DNA of 64,000 bases from Octopus vulgaris (Eukaryota). Shown piece after piece: positions 31,248-45,552 of the stretch. The notes beneath the pieces are model-generated. The model ran no database searches. It was given only the letters and a program-made list of their open reading frames with translations, and was not told where the DNA came from. The stretch is taken from positions 61,380,001-61,444,000 of the forward strand of contig OX597830.1 in the NCBI GenBank assembly GCA_951406725.2, given 5' to 3'. The position numbers and the translations under genes were made by a program. Position 1 is the first letter of the stretch. Each line of letters opens with the position of its first letter.

Positions 31248-31570
31248 CATATATATATATATGTATGTGTATATGTATGTATATATATATATATATATAT
31301 ATATACATACATGTATGTGTATATATATATATATACATACATGTATGTGTATATATATATATACACATACATGTATGTGTGTGTGTATTAATTATTGTTA
31401 GTTTTCTATTTGTAATTAAAACAGAACAAGGTGAGTTGGCCCTTTTCAAGGCCAAAGTTATCCCTCTCATTGCTCACTTGTAGTAGTACACACATTTGAC
31501 CTCTGCTGACCGCAAGGGTGTGACGCTTCTTTTGCTTCCTGATCGCACTACCATTGTTGCGCTGCCGCTG

Positions 31571-31613
<43 letters not shown>

Positions 31614-31717
31614 CACTGCCACTAATAATAACAATAATAATAATGATTTGCCTGGAGACATACACATGCGACAGCGTTTGCATCGTGCTGACAGAACATA
31701 TACAATCCCATTAACAC

Positions 31718-32083
31718 TTGGTTAGGGCAGCGGACTCGCGGTCATAGGATCGCGGTTTCGATTCCCAGACCGGGCGTTGTGAGTGTTTTTTGAGCGAAAA
31801 CACCTAAAGCTCCACGAGGCTCCGACAGGGGATGGTGGTGATCCCTGCTGTACTCTTTCACCACAACTTTCTCTCACTCTTACTTCCTGTTTCTGTTGTA
31901 CCTGTATTTCAAAGGGCCGGCCTTGTCACTCTCTGTGTCACGCTCAATATCCCCGAGAACTACGTTAAGGGTACACGTGTCTGTGGAGTGCTCAGCCACT
32001 TACGCGTTAATTTCACGAGCAGGCTGTTCCGTTGATTCGGATCAACCAGAACCCTCGTCGTCGTAACCGACGGAGTGCTTCCA
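31718..32083 (+). mobile_element. tRNA-derived SINE, family-A head with a different tail
   Basis: tggttagggcagcggactcgcgg...ggtttcgattcccagaccgggcg...aacacctaaagctccacg...cacaactttctctcactct matches the family A 5' half; the 3' half is unrelated. Confidence 0.85.
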
Positions 32084-32299
32084 TCTATCACGGCCGCCGC
32101 CGCCGCCGCCAACGCAATCGCCACCCTATTGGAAATATCTCGGAGACTGTATGATGGTTTTGTCTTTTGTCTCCCTATCCCTCTCTCTTTCTGGGTGTCC
32201 ATTCAATATCTGACTCTTTCTACGATACTACATGGATTCTGTCGGCCTGCCGTTTAACACCTTCCAGACGGCAGGTCAGGACATGAACTAATTTAAAAC

Positions 32300-33680
32300 T
32301 TCTCAAAATAAAATACCCACCCCCGGAAAATGATGATGACTGAGACCTCTGAACCTTACCCAAGGAACCAGACAACTGGTTAACCTTGTGCGCTTATAGC
32401 ACGGCCCTGGATACCAACCATGGAAATACCTACTAGAACCCGTTCGAAGTACGTGTTCATCAGTGACCTTAGGGTCTGATTTTAAATCAGAACCAACCTC
32501 CGCAAGAACCTGGAGCGAATCAAACCAGGGATATTCCCGAAACTGACTCTCAGGATCAACTACTAAACATATCTCAAAGAGATAGACATACAAGACAGAA
32601 ATGGACTAAGGAGGAATATGTCGAAGTTATGCATGCTTATTATTATTCAATACTAAACCCAGAAACATCAACCACACAAAAAGAGACGTACAGTATCTGG
32701 AGGTGCAAAAACCTGCATAGCAGGCTGTACATTGACTGTAATAAAATAAGAGCTGTAAGACGTGATATTCTAAAAAATAAAAGACTTACTGACAGTGAAA
32801 TTGACAAAATTGTTAGATCAGTCAAAAGTCAGCTCAGTATACCACATACTCACTCATATCCACAGGCCAAAATCTCTGAAAACTCAAACCAGCAAATTGG
32901 GTACACAGAACCCTATGAACGTAGACCATCAGTTGATGTTAAAAACACTATAAATGATCGCGTCAGCATTGAACTGTTAGATGGAATACTAGAACAATAT
33001 CTAGTACAACTACATCAACCTTTCCACGAAAGAGCCCCACTTCCCAAAATTATTAATACTAATAAGAACAGAAAAGTAATCGAAGAAGTTGATGAAGCAC
33101 TTGGAAAGGTGATACGACAACTCCTTGAGAATAGTAGAGAAAATGCCCTCGAAGTGATTGATCAGCTCAAGTATTCAGCTGCTTATTTTGCAACTCAGAA
33201 AAGGGTTTTAAAATTAGAGATAGACAAAAAAAGTGCAATGTACACAAACAGCCTGCATGGATGGAAAGAACATACTGGCAAATAATCCAACTAAAAGCAG
33301 ATATATATTTTCTAGTTGAAGCAAGCAAAGGGAAAACTAATAAACCCAACAAACTAATAAGCATAATTGTTAAACACGACCTTTACAAGAAAACAAAGGA
33401 TACACAGATTGAAATCTTCAAACAAAAACTACAATTAAAAACCAAACGACTGGCAAGATACAAAAACCGCTCAGCATTCCATAGACAAAACATACTATTC
33501 AAAGAGAACACAAAAAATTCTACAGGAAACTGGGGGAAAATACCATTATTGTGAAAATACCTCCTCCATAGCAGCAAACTGAAGATTCTTGGGAAAAGAT
33601 TTGGAGTAATCCAAAGGAGTTTAATCAGAATGCAGATTGGGTCTTACGAACGGCACTGAAGCAGGAAGATTCCCAACAAG
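32300..33680 (+). pseudogene. 5' portion of an R4/Dong-like retrotransposon ORF (upstream of RT)
   Basis: KWTKEEYVEVMHAYYYS...IW...RRDILKNKRLTDSEI, KQKLQLKTKRLARYKNR..FHRQNILFKEN and WEKIWSNPKEFNQNADW are typical pre-RT motifs of this clade; frameshifted. Confidence 0.75.
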
Positions 33681-34309
33681 CCTCAATCATGAAGCTTAGT
33701 CAGAAATTAGAAAAGTCTCTTGGCCTACAACTTAACAATAAGAACGACCAAAGACACCCCAATACTGAGAGACCTTCTATTGCTTCTCCTGATTTTAGAG
33801 ATTAACCATCAGAAAGACTAAAGCGATCCGAATAGTTACAAACCTATATTTGATGCAAAAATAGATCAAACAAAAAGCAAAGAAGATTTGCATGAATAAG
33901 ATTGAAGACAACCGGATCAACGGTGCGCATATCGTCAGCCACCAAGGGACATGCTCAACTGGTTAAGGTCAAGCAACTGACAAGCAAATCTGTGGTATTC
34001 GTCAGAATATTTGCTGTAGCCCATCTTTTATACTAAGACAAAACAATGTAGATGAGACCACTTCCAATCAGTTAAGATCAGAAGCGATGTGAGCCACTGC
34101 TTGGTACTGCATCAAGGCATTTTATCCTCCTCCTCCTCCTCCTCCTCCTCCTCCTCATCATCATCATCATCATCATTTACCTGTCATCCATTACCTTTAC
34201 CTCGACTTTATCTTTCATTCTTTCGGGGTCGGTAAATTAAATACTAGTCGATGTAATCAACTAGTTCACTAGTAGAAAAAAACATTATTATTGTTATTAT
34301 CATAATTAT

Positions 34310-34640
34310 TGTTGTTGTTGTTGTTTTACTTCTCAAGGCGTTCGGTCTTGCTTGTTTTAGTTGATTCTGTGAGAGCGGACAACAGCCGTTTGTCAGAGGC
34401 CTCATAGAGTCTCTCTCTGCAAATTATACAAGTGATAATTGGTTGTTAAGTATCATAGAAGACAGTCAACTCCCAAGTACCAGTCTCAAAATTCTAGCTG
34501 TCCCCAGCAGAGCACTTTTTTGGGGCGGGGGACGCTTGCTCTGCTTTGTTTACTAGTGCTCCGCGTACCCTACAACAACTGGGATGATATACACTCCCCT
34601 GATAGTCCACATTCTTGCAATTTTGACAAGTTTTAATGAG
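34310..34640 (-). mobile_element. 3' tip of another RLE-type retrotransposon
   Basis: Minus strand gives IIPVVVG and KSALLGTARILRLVLG, then a short 3' UTR ending in aac/aat repeats (34286-34325). Confidence 0.7.
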
Positions 34641-34831
34641 ACCCATAATATTCAGGCATTCACTATTGAGACAGAATGCAAGGAGAGTCAATCTATGTTG
34701 CGATTCAGTTCATCGGGATCTTACAATTTGCGGCTTGATATACACTATAAAACAAACACATGCGCGAGTGCACCCATGATATTGTTAGTTTGCGCGTGCT
34801 TGTTTGTATGTGTGTGTGTGTGTGTATACAC

Positions 34832-35031
34832 CAGCGGTTTTCAACCAGGGTTCCGCCAGTACAAGTCCAGGGGTTCCGCAAGAAGTTACAAAACTGCTAA
34901 AATCGGCAGTAATGTTTAATTCTCCTGTGCAGATGTGTGCATAAGACTATTAAATTATTGTACAGGGGTTCCTCGAGCCAGTGGAATGTTTCCTTGGGGT
35001 TCCGCTCCAGCAAAAAGTTTGAAAAGCACTG
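34832..35031. mobile_element. hAT-type MITE, 200 bp
   Basis: Imperfect TIRs cagcggttttcaa / ttgaaaagcactg; perfect 8-bp TSD gtatacac at 34824-34831 and 35032-35039. Confidence 0.9.
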
Positions 35032-35047
35032 GTATACACACATATAT

Positions 35048-35109
<62 letters not shown>

Positions 35110-35316
35110 ATTTTCGTATATTTTCCACCTTTGTTCTCTTGTTTGGATTCTCTACCTTCAGTAAGTGCGATTACCAACCCTGTGTCTTCACGGAAGTCGG
35201 CGGTTCACTTCTTAGACATTCTAGCACAATAGTAACTATTGTGTGGCCATTTTGATTGAAGAATTATCTTTGTTCTATACCGATATATTCGGACTAGAAT
35301 TTCCATTCTTTTCTAC

Positions 35317-35524
35317 TTTTCTACTCTAGGCACAAGGTCCGAAATTTTGGAGGAGGGGGACAGTCGATTATATCGACCCCAGTACGCAAATGGTACTTAA
35401 TTTATCGACCTCGAATGAAAGGCAAAGTCGACCTCGGTGGAATTTGAACTCTGAACGTAAAGGCAGATGAAATGCCGCTAAGCATTTTCCCCGGTGTGCT
35501 AACGTTTCTGCCAGCTCGCCGCCT
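35317..35524 (-). mobile_element. Meta-domain SINE, tail type B
   Basis: Head ggcggcgagctggcagaaacgttagc, Meta domain, tail ccaaaatttcggaccttgtgcctagagtagaaaa. Confidence 0.88.
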
Positions 35525-35584
35525 AGAATTTCCATAATAATAACGACAATAATAATAATGATGATAGTAATAATAATAATAATG

Positions 35585-35654
<70 letters not shown>

Positions 35655-36428
35655 CAAAGTTAGGTTTAACGCTTCTAGTTTTTGATATTTAATTGTCTTA
35701 CAGGTCAATGTTATACTGAAAATAAGCTTTGATTAATATCAAGGGTTAGCGTTGTACTTTCTCTGAAGGACATATAATTAATCCCTTTGTTAGACAATCT
35801 AAGATCTCGGAAATGACGGGCAATATCACAATTAGAAAAATAACTAATTTCGACATGTCTCTTTTATGGACAGCAGAATGGAAAACAACCCAAACCTGTT
35901 GCTTTAAGAAGAAAAGTTTAATCTTCTGTGACAACTAACGAACAGAACAATAATCTGAAGAAGTCAGATGGGTACAATGGCCAAAGATTTGTAAATATTA
36001 CAATGGAGATGTGAATAATAGTCCGAATGTGTAAGTGTACAATAATTTTTCCAAGAATTTCCCGTGAAAGAAGAAAAAGCAGAACATAAGATTCACACAC
36101 AGCAGCGTCCCTGTCAAAGAACTCGGAAGCTTGGGCCTTCAACCAGGCCTTTCGCGATACTGTTAAAGCTAGGAACTATTCAGCACCCTGTGTATGTGTG
36201 TGTGTGTGTGCGTGTGCGAACGCGTGTGTGTTCAAAAAAATAATTAGGCAATCTTTATCCAACATCAGCCGATGATCCCACACCGCAGTAAGAAGCGCAA
36301 AGAAAGGCAGCTCTGTTCGACTCATTACTTCATCAGGATCAAGTCTTGAGGGTGTAGCGGAAACTGACTGCCGAAAAATACAGAAGAATTGAATACATGT
36401 GGTATGTATAGATATATATGTATATATG

Positions 36429-36491
<63 letters not shown>

Positions 36492-36492
<1 letters not shown>

Positions 36493-36842
36493 ACGGGAAG
36501 GTTTACGAAAATAAACAAGAGACGAAGGCATGTGGAGTACAAACAAACAAATGTATTAGTATGGCGCTCAGGAATAGAAATAGAACAAGTCTTTTACGTT
36601 TCGAGCCTACGCTCGTCGACAGAAAGATACACAGAAAAAAACAAGGAGAGAAAAAAATGCGTGTAGGAGCTAACGAGCTATCATGGCGAGAATTCACAAA
36701 AAACAAGACGAAGAGACAACAAACAGATGTATTAGTATAAGGCTCGGGAAGTGAAAAAGTCTTTAACGTTTCGAGCCTACGTTCTTCCACAGAAAGGAAC
36801 ACAGAGAGAAACAGGGGGAAAATAAAGAATGTGTAGTGGCTT
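36492..36842 (-). mobile_element. Tandem dimer (period ~170 bp) of hammerhead-like units
   Basis: HHR1 at 36590-36627: tcttt-ctgtcga-c-gagc-gtag-gctc-gaa-acgt-a-aaaga. HHR2 at 36761-36796: cttt-ctgtgga-a-gaac-gtag-gctc-gaa-acgt-t-aaag. Confidence 0.78.
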
Positions 36843-37014
36843 TCAGCTTGAAAGCTGCTGTCATGAGGTAGTTCGATGTTTCTGCTCTCAATTGTGTTTC
36901 CTGCACATGGATATATTCATATATATGACACACACACACATATACCACATATGTGTATGATACATAAAGGTGTGCGTGCATACGCTACACACAAATATAT
37001 ATATATTGTACTTG

Positions 37015-37422
37015 TACTCTTACTCTCTTTTACTCTTTTACTTGTTTCAGTCATTTGACTGCGGCCATGCTGGAGCACCGCCTCTAGTCGAGCAAATCGA
37101 TCCCGGGACTTATTCTTTGTAAGCCTAGTACTTATTCTATCGGTCTCTTTTGCCGAACCGCTAAGTGACGGGGACGTAAACACACCAGCATCGGTTGTCA
37201 AGCAATGCTAGGGGAACAAACACAGACACACAAACACATACACACACATACATATATATACATATATATACGACAGGCTTCTTTCAGTTTCCGTCTACCA
37301 AATCCACTCACAAGGCATTGGTCGGCCCGAGGCTATAGCAGAAGACACATGCCCAAGATGCCACGCAGTGGGACTGAACCCGGAACCATGTGGTTGGCTA
37401 GCAAGCTACTTACCACACAGCC
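37015..37422 (-). mobile_element. Family-B SINE
   Basis: Reverse complement of the 13.5-kb and 30.3-kb SINEs. Confidence 0.92.
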
Positions 37423-38085
37423 AGAAAAATTTTTAAACATAAAAGAATCAACTTCCGCTTCCTCCTTATTTCTTACTTTGGATTTTTTGGATTTCCATAT
37501 TGACGGACGGAAGCGAGAGCAATTTCCCATAATTGGAACGATTAAATCATTCTCGTTCGTCATTTGTGATATTCTAGAATACAACAAATGGGAATGTTTT
37601 TGCGTCGGACTGGCCCTCTACTTCATTAACTCTGGACAATCCTTTACTGACCGATATTTAATACCACAAACCATCGCCAGACTGAAAAGGTCAATCGCGC
37701 AGTGGAAGAGATACAAGATTCGGTTGCTTTTATTTTATAAATACTTCATGGGAATTGGATTTGTAATTCTCAAATATTTCATTAATTCCAGGAGAGACAG
37801 CCACCATTGTAGGGTCAAAGAAATGAATTTAACTTCTTCGTAAAACTTAATATAGATATAAAACTATTATCGGGCAATTTCTTTTGCATTTGGCCGCTAC
37901 AATTCTTTCTCGTGCATGTTACGTTATGTTTGTGTTCAGTTCTTTCTGTTTTTTTCTCTCCTCAATACATCTTTCTTCTATCTGTCTAACCCTGAAGTAG
38001 AGTTTAAGCTCAAAATGCTAAAGGTCTCTCTTTAAAAAAAAAAATCTTTCTTTAAGCTTTAAATAATTAGATTTTGTTTTCACTT

Positions 38086-38133
<48 letters not shown>

Positions 38134-38529
38134 CAAAATAAGCAACAAGAATATCGTCGGTAATTTGGTACGATCGTTTCACGCTACATCATTTTATTAA
38201 ACATTGTAAGTACCAAATTACTGAAGATATCGTGGTCGATAAACAATGAGTAGTTAAGTGCTGCTGCTGTTAGCGGCGAAACAACAGCTGGAGCAAGCAA
38301 ATATATCACAATTTGTGACACCAAACGTTTGCTAAGTAAATAGCTTTTTATATCAAAGAAATTAGTCAGGATTCTGGATGTGTGTCCCAAGCAACTTAGA
38401 GGTGAAAGCTACGGTACTTTAATGGTTAAAACAATCCCATCGCTTTCGAATGGCTCAGAAACAGTTTCTCAGACAATAGTCAGACCAATACAGACATATT
38501 CGCGTGCGCACACACAGACACACACACGC

Positions 38530-38680
38530 ATACGACAGGCTACTTTCAGTTTGTGCCTACCAAATACGCGCACAAGGCTTTGGCTGGCCCAAAACTATAG
38601 TAGAAAATATTCGCCCAAAATGCCACGCAGTGGGCCTGAACTCGGAACTATGTGCTAGAAAAGCAAGCTTCTGACTACAC
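38530..38680 (-). mobile_element. Family-B SINE head, diverged
   Basis: cgacaggctactttcagttt...gccacgcagtggg...gcaagcttct. Confidence 0.75.
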
Positions 38681-39628
38681 ACACACACACACACACCTGT
38701 ATAAAAGTATAAATATAGTCTTCTTGAATTTAAATATCAAAAACAAATATATTAACTGAAAAAAAGAATTCAATGCTGATCCAGAATTTTGTTATTCGAT
38801 GACAGAGATGAAGATTACTTATTGTTACAAAAGCCAATAAGATTACTTCGTATGTTACAAAAGCCAATCATGTTTTCTGTTGCTGTCACAGATATTGAAA
38901 TTTTAAAATCATGTGGAAATTTTCAAATTTGGTATATTGATGTACTTTTTCACGCTGAATCTAATTTTGAGATTCATTTATTAGATAAAAATTTTAGAAA
39001 AATGTTACAGAGTTTTAAAGCTTAATCATTTTTGCTCAGTCAGAAAATAGGATTTGTTCATGATATTTGAGAGTCACAAAATGAAAGAAAACATTGCAAG
39101 ACGAAGTTTTACACAAAATGAAAGCACTGCGTGAGAGATAATACATATATAGAGAAGAGAGAGGGAGAGAGAGAGAAACAGACTGACAGAGAGACAGAGA
39201 GGGAGAGAGAGCGGGAGAACGGGAGGGGGGAGATTTGTCGATTTAAAAAGTTGAGTTGTTTCTTGTAGCAAATTATATTTCTTTTTATTAATATTTATAG
39301 ACAACTTTCCATTTGGAACACAGATTTCAAAAACCAAATTCACTTTCTTGAGGACGCGGGTGCTAAACACTCATACATAACCACAAACACTCCCATTTAT
39401 TTTGTATGTATGTATGTATGTATGTATGTATGTATGTATGTATGTATGTATGTATATATATAAACGAGTGAGTGGACAAAGAAAAGAAAGGCACTCAACC
39501 AGTTTATTGGGAGTTAGAAGAATGGACCAAAACTGATTCGCGCTTGAAACTCAAGAGTACCAACATATTTGAATCAAACTGTTTTGATCCATATACATAT
39601 ATATATATATATATGTACACACACACAC

Positions 39629-39705
<77 letters not shown>

Positions 39706-39723
39706 AATGCATATATGGGCAGA

Positions 39724-39870
39724 TACAGGACGTCACCAACGGTGCAAATAACATGAAATACGTAAACGAACGAGGTAAAATGAGTGAAATACGAAAACAA
39801 AATGGGAAATAGGACAAATTAACACAGCGTAAGGACCCTTCATCAGTTGTCGACTGTCTATCTACGCGTC
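39724..39870. mobile_element. Truncated copy of the two-hairpin repeat (copy 2)
   Basis: tacaggacgtca...cccttcatcagttgtc...tatctac, as at 11634-11797. Confidence 0.7.
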
Positions 39871-39934
39871 ATATATATATATATATATATATATATTTTT
39901 TTTCCATATATATGTATATATATATTTTTTTTTC

Positions 39935-40242
39935 AAGGCGTCCTCCGGTTGCGAATGACCATAGGATTGCACCTAAAAAGTTCACCTCCGAGGCACAACT
40001 CCGGACAAGATTGTTTGTGGAAGACCAGCAGTCGCCCATGCATACCAATCTCCCTATCCAAACCACTGATGCTGTCCAAGGAAAAAGCAAAGGCCAATAC
40101 AGCTTAGTACCAGTGCTGACCCAGCTCACTGGAGCAACGTAAAATAAGTGCATCGCTGAAGAACACAGCACACAGCCCGGTCCAGGAATCGAATTTACAA
40201 CCTCACAATTGTAAGCCCGATGTTCTAATCACTGACCCATGC
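39935..40242 (-). mobile_element. tRNA-derived SINE (family C)
   Basis: Head atgggtcagtgattag...aattcgattcc; 3' half shared with 11318-11513. Confidence 0.82.
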
Positions 40243-41261
40243 ATCTTCACGCACGCACTCACGCACGCACACACACACATGTACACACTCATACACACAT
40301 ACACACATACGCACACACACATACATTTACATGCACAATAAAAATAAAAAGACACAAGAAAAGAAAGAGTTTCGCATTGTCAGCGTTGTTTCGGTACCAT
40401 TCTATTTTTGATGCCATTGCACAAGTTCCATGGGAAAAGTTACGTAACATTTGCAGTTTTAAACACTCGAATTCCACTTCATCAGACTTGCTTCAATTAG
40501 CGCGGTTATACATTTTGAAACTGTCAAGGGTTTTATTCTGTTTATAGCGGGAGAAAACAATAAGTATAAAATAGATAAATATGTAAATATCAATGTATGT
40601 GTGTTTTTGTGTTTGTGTTTGTCCCTCGCGACCGCTTGCCAATCGGTGTTGGTTTGTTTACGTACATGTAATTTAGCGGTTCGGCACAACTGACCCATAC
40701 ATAGAATAAGCACCGCGCTTAAAAAAAAGGTGTGGGGAGGAGTACTGGGGTTGATTCGTTTGACTAAATCCATTCAAACTGGTCCCAACATGGCCGCAGT
40801 CTGATGAAACAGGTAATAACAATAAAAATAAAGTATGTACGTATTTGTATATGGTTATCTTTTGGTTTTCATGATGAAGATTCAGTTATTCAATGAAATG
40901 AGTCACCTGTTCTTTGCACCAGAATGTAAGTAGGTATACATAGCACACACACATTCATTCTTAATGTAATCCCCCGGCACTATGTCACACTATGTGTGAC
41001 AAAGGTGCACTTTACAATTATGGGTAGAATCCATCCAAATTGCTTGAATCATAGTTTTCGTTTACTTAATTTCATTCACAAAATATAGATTAACTCGACG
41101 CTACAGAAACTGAGAATAACTGAAGTGGGATCGAATATAGTACCTCGTGGTCTAGAAGCAGGCCATGCTAACGCATATTTATATATATGTAAATATATAT
41201 TGTAATATATGTATATACATAGTAACGCGCACATACATATATACACGTTTATATGTAGGCT

Positions 41262-41293
<32 letters not shown>

Positions 41294-41468
41294 TGTATGT
41301 ATGTATGTATGTATGTATGTATGTATGTATGTATGTATGCATGTATGTATGTATGTATGCATGTTTGTATGTATATATGTATGCATATACATACATATAT
41401 ATATATATATATATATGAAAATAAATGTTTACTTTTATAGATATACGTATGTATATATGTATGTATGG

Positions 41469-41502
<34 letters not shown>

Positions 41503-41712
41503 TTTTATATATATATATATATAAACACATATATTTGTATATTTGCATATATATATATATCTATATCTATATGTATGTATATTTGTATATATATATCTAT
41601 ATATCTATATCTACATATATATATACACATGCATATATATGTATATACACATATATATGTTTATATATATATATATATATATATATAATCACGCACACAC
41701 ACAGACACACAC

Positions 41713-41760
<48 letters not shown>

Positions 41761-42423
41761 ATATCTTATACATGCGCATATACAAAAAGATATGATATCA
41801 GAAAGGGCTTAGATATGTATGTTGATGTATGTAAAAATATAAACATATACATTGAAAGTTGCGTATTTTTAAGTCATAAAAAGGAACGAAATAATTCATT
41901 CTCGAGCAAATTGTCCAATAATGTGCAAGAAATGATGTAGTCTGAAGGTTTTTACTGAATATTTCCATTTGAAATGAATGATCTGAAGAAGCTCTAGGAA
42001 TAATCTGCATAATTAGTCTAGCATGAAATGTCATTTGGGGGAATTGACGAGGTCAGTCCGATTGAACTATCCTAACCCTATCTTCAAATTCGTGTCACTT
42101 CCGGACATGTCAACTCCAATGATCGCTCGTATTGGCAATAAGGCAAATCTCAAAGAGCATATGTAAATCAAGTGTTTTTTATCACCGGATCTAAATAAAC
42201 TGCGGATAGATTAATGAAATTCTTTGTAGATGCGTGAGTGTGGGTGTAAGAGAGAGATAGTAAAGGAGCGGAAGTGTAGAGAAAGTCATAAATGGAGTTG
42301 GAAAGAATAGATAAGGGATCAGAGGAGTGAAGTGGAATATATAAAGCAAAAACAACAAAAAACTAATGAAGCAGGTGGATATACGTTTTAATAAGTTCAA
42401 CTAGAAATGTACCGAGAAAAATT

Positions 42424-42800
42424 TCCATACATAGATTAGTTTCAAATTTTCGAACAAAGCCAGCAATTTCAAGGGAGGGGTAAGTCGATTACATCGACAC
42501 CAGTGCTCAACTGGTACTTATTTTATCAACCCCGAAAGGTTTAAAGGCAAAGTCGACCTTGGGGGAATTTGAGTCCAGAACGTAAAGATGGACAAAATTT
42601 TATCTGGCGTGCTAAAATCCATACATATATTGGTTTCAAATTTTGGCACAAACCCTGGGTTCTAGGGCGGTGTTAAGTCCATTGCATCAACCGCAGTGCT
42701 CAATTGGTATTTATTTTATCGATACCAAATGCATAAAAGGCGAAGTTGACTTCGGCGGAATTTGAATTTAGAGCATAAAGATGGACGATATGCCGCTAAA
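42424..42800 (-). mobile_element. Two tandem Meta-domain SINEs, tail-B variant
   Basis: Both units start tccatacata.att.gtttcaaatttt on the plus strand (42424 and 42618) and contain the Meta domain. Confidence 0.82.
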
Positions 42801-42839
42801 TTTCATTTATATACTTTATATTGTATGAAGTATTGTTTC

Positions 42840-43235
42840 TTTCTTTTCTTATGTAGTTTTTCAGTCATTGGACTGCGGTCATGCTACGACACTGCCTTGA
42901 AGAAAATTTGTAGTCGAATGAATCGATCCTAGTATGAAAGCATAGTACTTATTTTATAGAACTCCTTTGCCGAAACGCTATGTTACGTGGACATAAACAC
43001 ACAAAAACCGGTGGTCAAGCGGTGGTGAGTGTCAAACACCAGCACAAAGACACACTCACACACACACACACACACACACATACGCACATACGATGGGCTT
43101 CTTTCAGTTCCGTCTACAAAATTCTCTGACAAGGTTTTGGCTATAGTAGAAGACACTTGCCCAAGCTGCCATGCAGTGCGATTGAATCCGTAACCAAGTG
43201 GTTGGGAAGCAAGCTTTTTACCACACAACAACGTC
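42840..43235 (-). mobile_element. Family-B SINE, diverged
   Basis: Tail, central (CA)n and head are all recognisable. Confidence 0.85.
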
Positions 43236-43417
43236 TGGGCTTAGTATACAAAATTGATTTGTGTTGAACCGGCGGAGTCGTGAGAAAATGTTAAATAGAT
43301 TGCTTTTCGTTATTTGTTCCGCAACGCCGAGTTCAAATCCCATCGATGAAACTTTATTATTCATATTTTTAGGGGCTAATAAAAGATAGCGTACAAGTCC
43401 ACATCGGTGAATATCTT

Positions 43418-43650
43418 TTTTTTTTTACTACCCACAAGGGGCTAAACAAAGAGGGGACAAACAAGGACAGACAGACGGATTAAGTCGATTATATCGACCC
43501 CAGTGCGTAACTGGTACTTAATTTAACGACCCCGAAAGGATGAAAGGCAAAGTCAACCTCGGCGGAATTTGAACTCAGAACGTAACGACAGACGAAATAC
43601 GGCTACGCATTTCGCCCGGCGTGCTAACGTTTCTGCCAGCTCACCGCCTT
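43418..43650 (-). mobile_element. Meta-domain SINE, full length, tail type A
   Basis: Head aaggcggtgagctggcagaaacgttagc through tail agccccttgtgggtagtaaaa. Confidence 0.9.
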
Positions 43651-43961
43651 AGAGATACTTGGTGATATCTCTTCGGGTGTCTGAGTTCAAATCCCAACTC
43701 ATGTCACCATGAAAGGCTTACGCTGATTTAAAGTGTCCCCAAGTAATTTCAGCTGCTAATCTCGCTGACTTTTACTTGCTTCAGTCATTGGACTGCAGCC
43801 TTAAAGGGCTTAGACGAGCAAATCAATCCCAGTACTTATTTCTTTTTAAGTTTAGTCCTTGTTCTAATGGTTCTTTTGCAAATTTATGGGGACGTAAACA
43901 TACAAATCGGCGACGGGGACTAACACAAATGCAAAGACACGCAAACACATATACACAGACA

Positions 43962-44349
43962 CAGGCGCAGCGTGGCTGTGTGGTAAAAAGCTTGCTTCCC
44001 ACCCTGATGGTTCCGAGTTCATCCCAGTGCACGACATCTTGGGCAAGTGTCGCCCGCTATACCCTCGGGACGATAAAGCCTAGAAAGTGAATTTGGCAAA
44101 CAGAAAGAAACCCATCGTGTATCAATATATATATATATTTCTTTACTACACACAGAGAGGACAAACAAAGACAGACAAAGGGATTAAGTCGATTATATCG
44201 ACCCCAGTGCGTAACTGGTACTTACTTTATCGACCCCGAAAGGATGAAAGGCAAAGTCGACCTCGGCGGAATTTGAACTCACAACGTAACGGCAGACGAA
44301 ATACGGCTACGCATTTCGCCCGGCGCGCTAACGTTTCTGCCAGCTCGCC

Positions 44350-44393
<44 letters not shown>

Positions 44394-44610
44394 ACGCATG
44401 TGTGTGTGTGTGTGTGTTCGTGAGCATGTGTGTGTGTGCGTGAGCGTTTGTCCTTGTGTCTGCATTTGTTCCCCACCACCGTTTGACAATCGGCCCTGGT
44501 TTGTTTACGTTCCCGATAACTAGCAGGCTTAAAAAGAAAGAAAGAAAGTCCTAAGGTCGATCAGCATGGGTGTCGTCTAATAACTGAAATAAATAACAGA
44601 TAAACAAAGT
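43962..44610 (+). mobile_element. Family-B SINE (head 43962-44120, tail ~44440-44610) with a nested minus-strand Meta-domain SINE (44138-44349)
   Basis: The order is head, microsatellite, inverted Meta-SINE, microsatellite, tail. Confidence 0.8.
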
Positions 44611-45372
44611 AGAGGTCGAGCTTGCGCTGCAGTGGAAGAAGACATTTGCCCTTTACGCTGCTCAGTGCAACTGAACCAAGAGGACATGACTGAAACTTCT
44701 TAGTAACATATGCACGTCAGCGCCTACAACTTCGGTCTACTCTCACACACGTAGTCATACATTCATAATATTTCGTGGTTACTCCCTCTCCTCTCTCTCT
44801 ATCTCTCTTCCAATGCAAGTTTATATCCATGAGATATTGAGAGATTTATCTTACAGTAAAGGATCTATATTTTAATAAGGAAAATCATTTAAAAATATAT
44901 TTTGGTCGCCGAGAAAGGACTGTCGTAGTCGTATTATAAAGGACTATGCATTAAATTATCAGTCACAGAACAATATATGGTCCTGCTATGTACTTAAAAT
45001 GATATTCCAGGGTCCAGATATCTCAAGATCCATCATATACACATGGACTAAATACATATATACACAAACACACATACACACAGACATGCACTCGTATATG
45101 CACACTCATACACATGTATATGTGTTTATATGTCTAAATAAATATGTGTATGAATATATATATATGTGTACACACACACACACACACACACGCGCGCACA
45201 CATACGCGTATATGTGTGCATATGTGTGCATTTACATGTGCGAAACTGTGAGAAAGATAGTGTTGATATAAAACACGCTGAACCGCCCGATTCCAAAATG
45301 TAAGCAGAAAAGTCTTTCAGGAATTCTTATAACAACAGTCTCAACAAGATAAAGCAGCAGCAGCAGCCGAGA

Positions 45373-45408
45373 GATGATGATAGTGATAATAATAATGATG
45401 CTGGTGAA

Positions 45409-45478
<70 letters not shown>

Positions 45479-45521
45479 GAGGATGATGACGACGACAACG
45501 ACAACAGTGATGATGATGATA

Positions 45522-45552
<31 letters not shown>

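Noticed and set aside
37205-37843. 212-aa ORF as a gene
   Set aside because: The first third is antisense SINE and the remainder looks like the antisense strand of a decayed retroelement.
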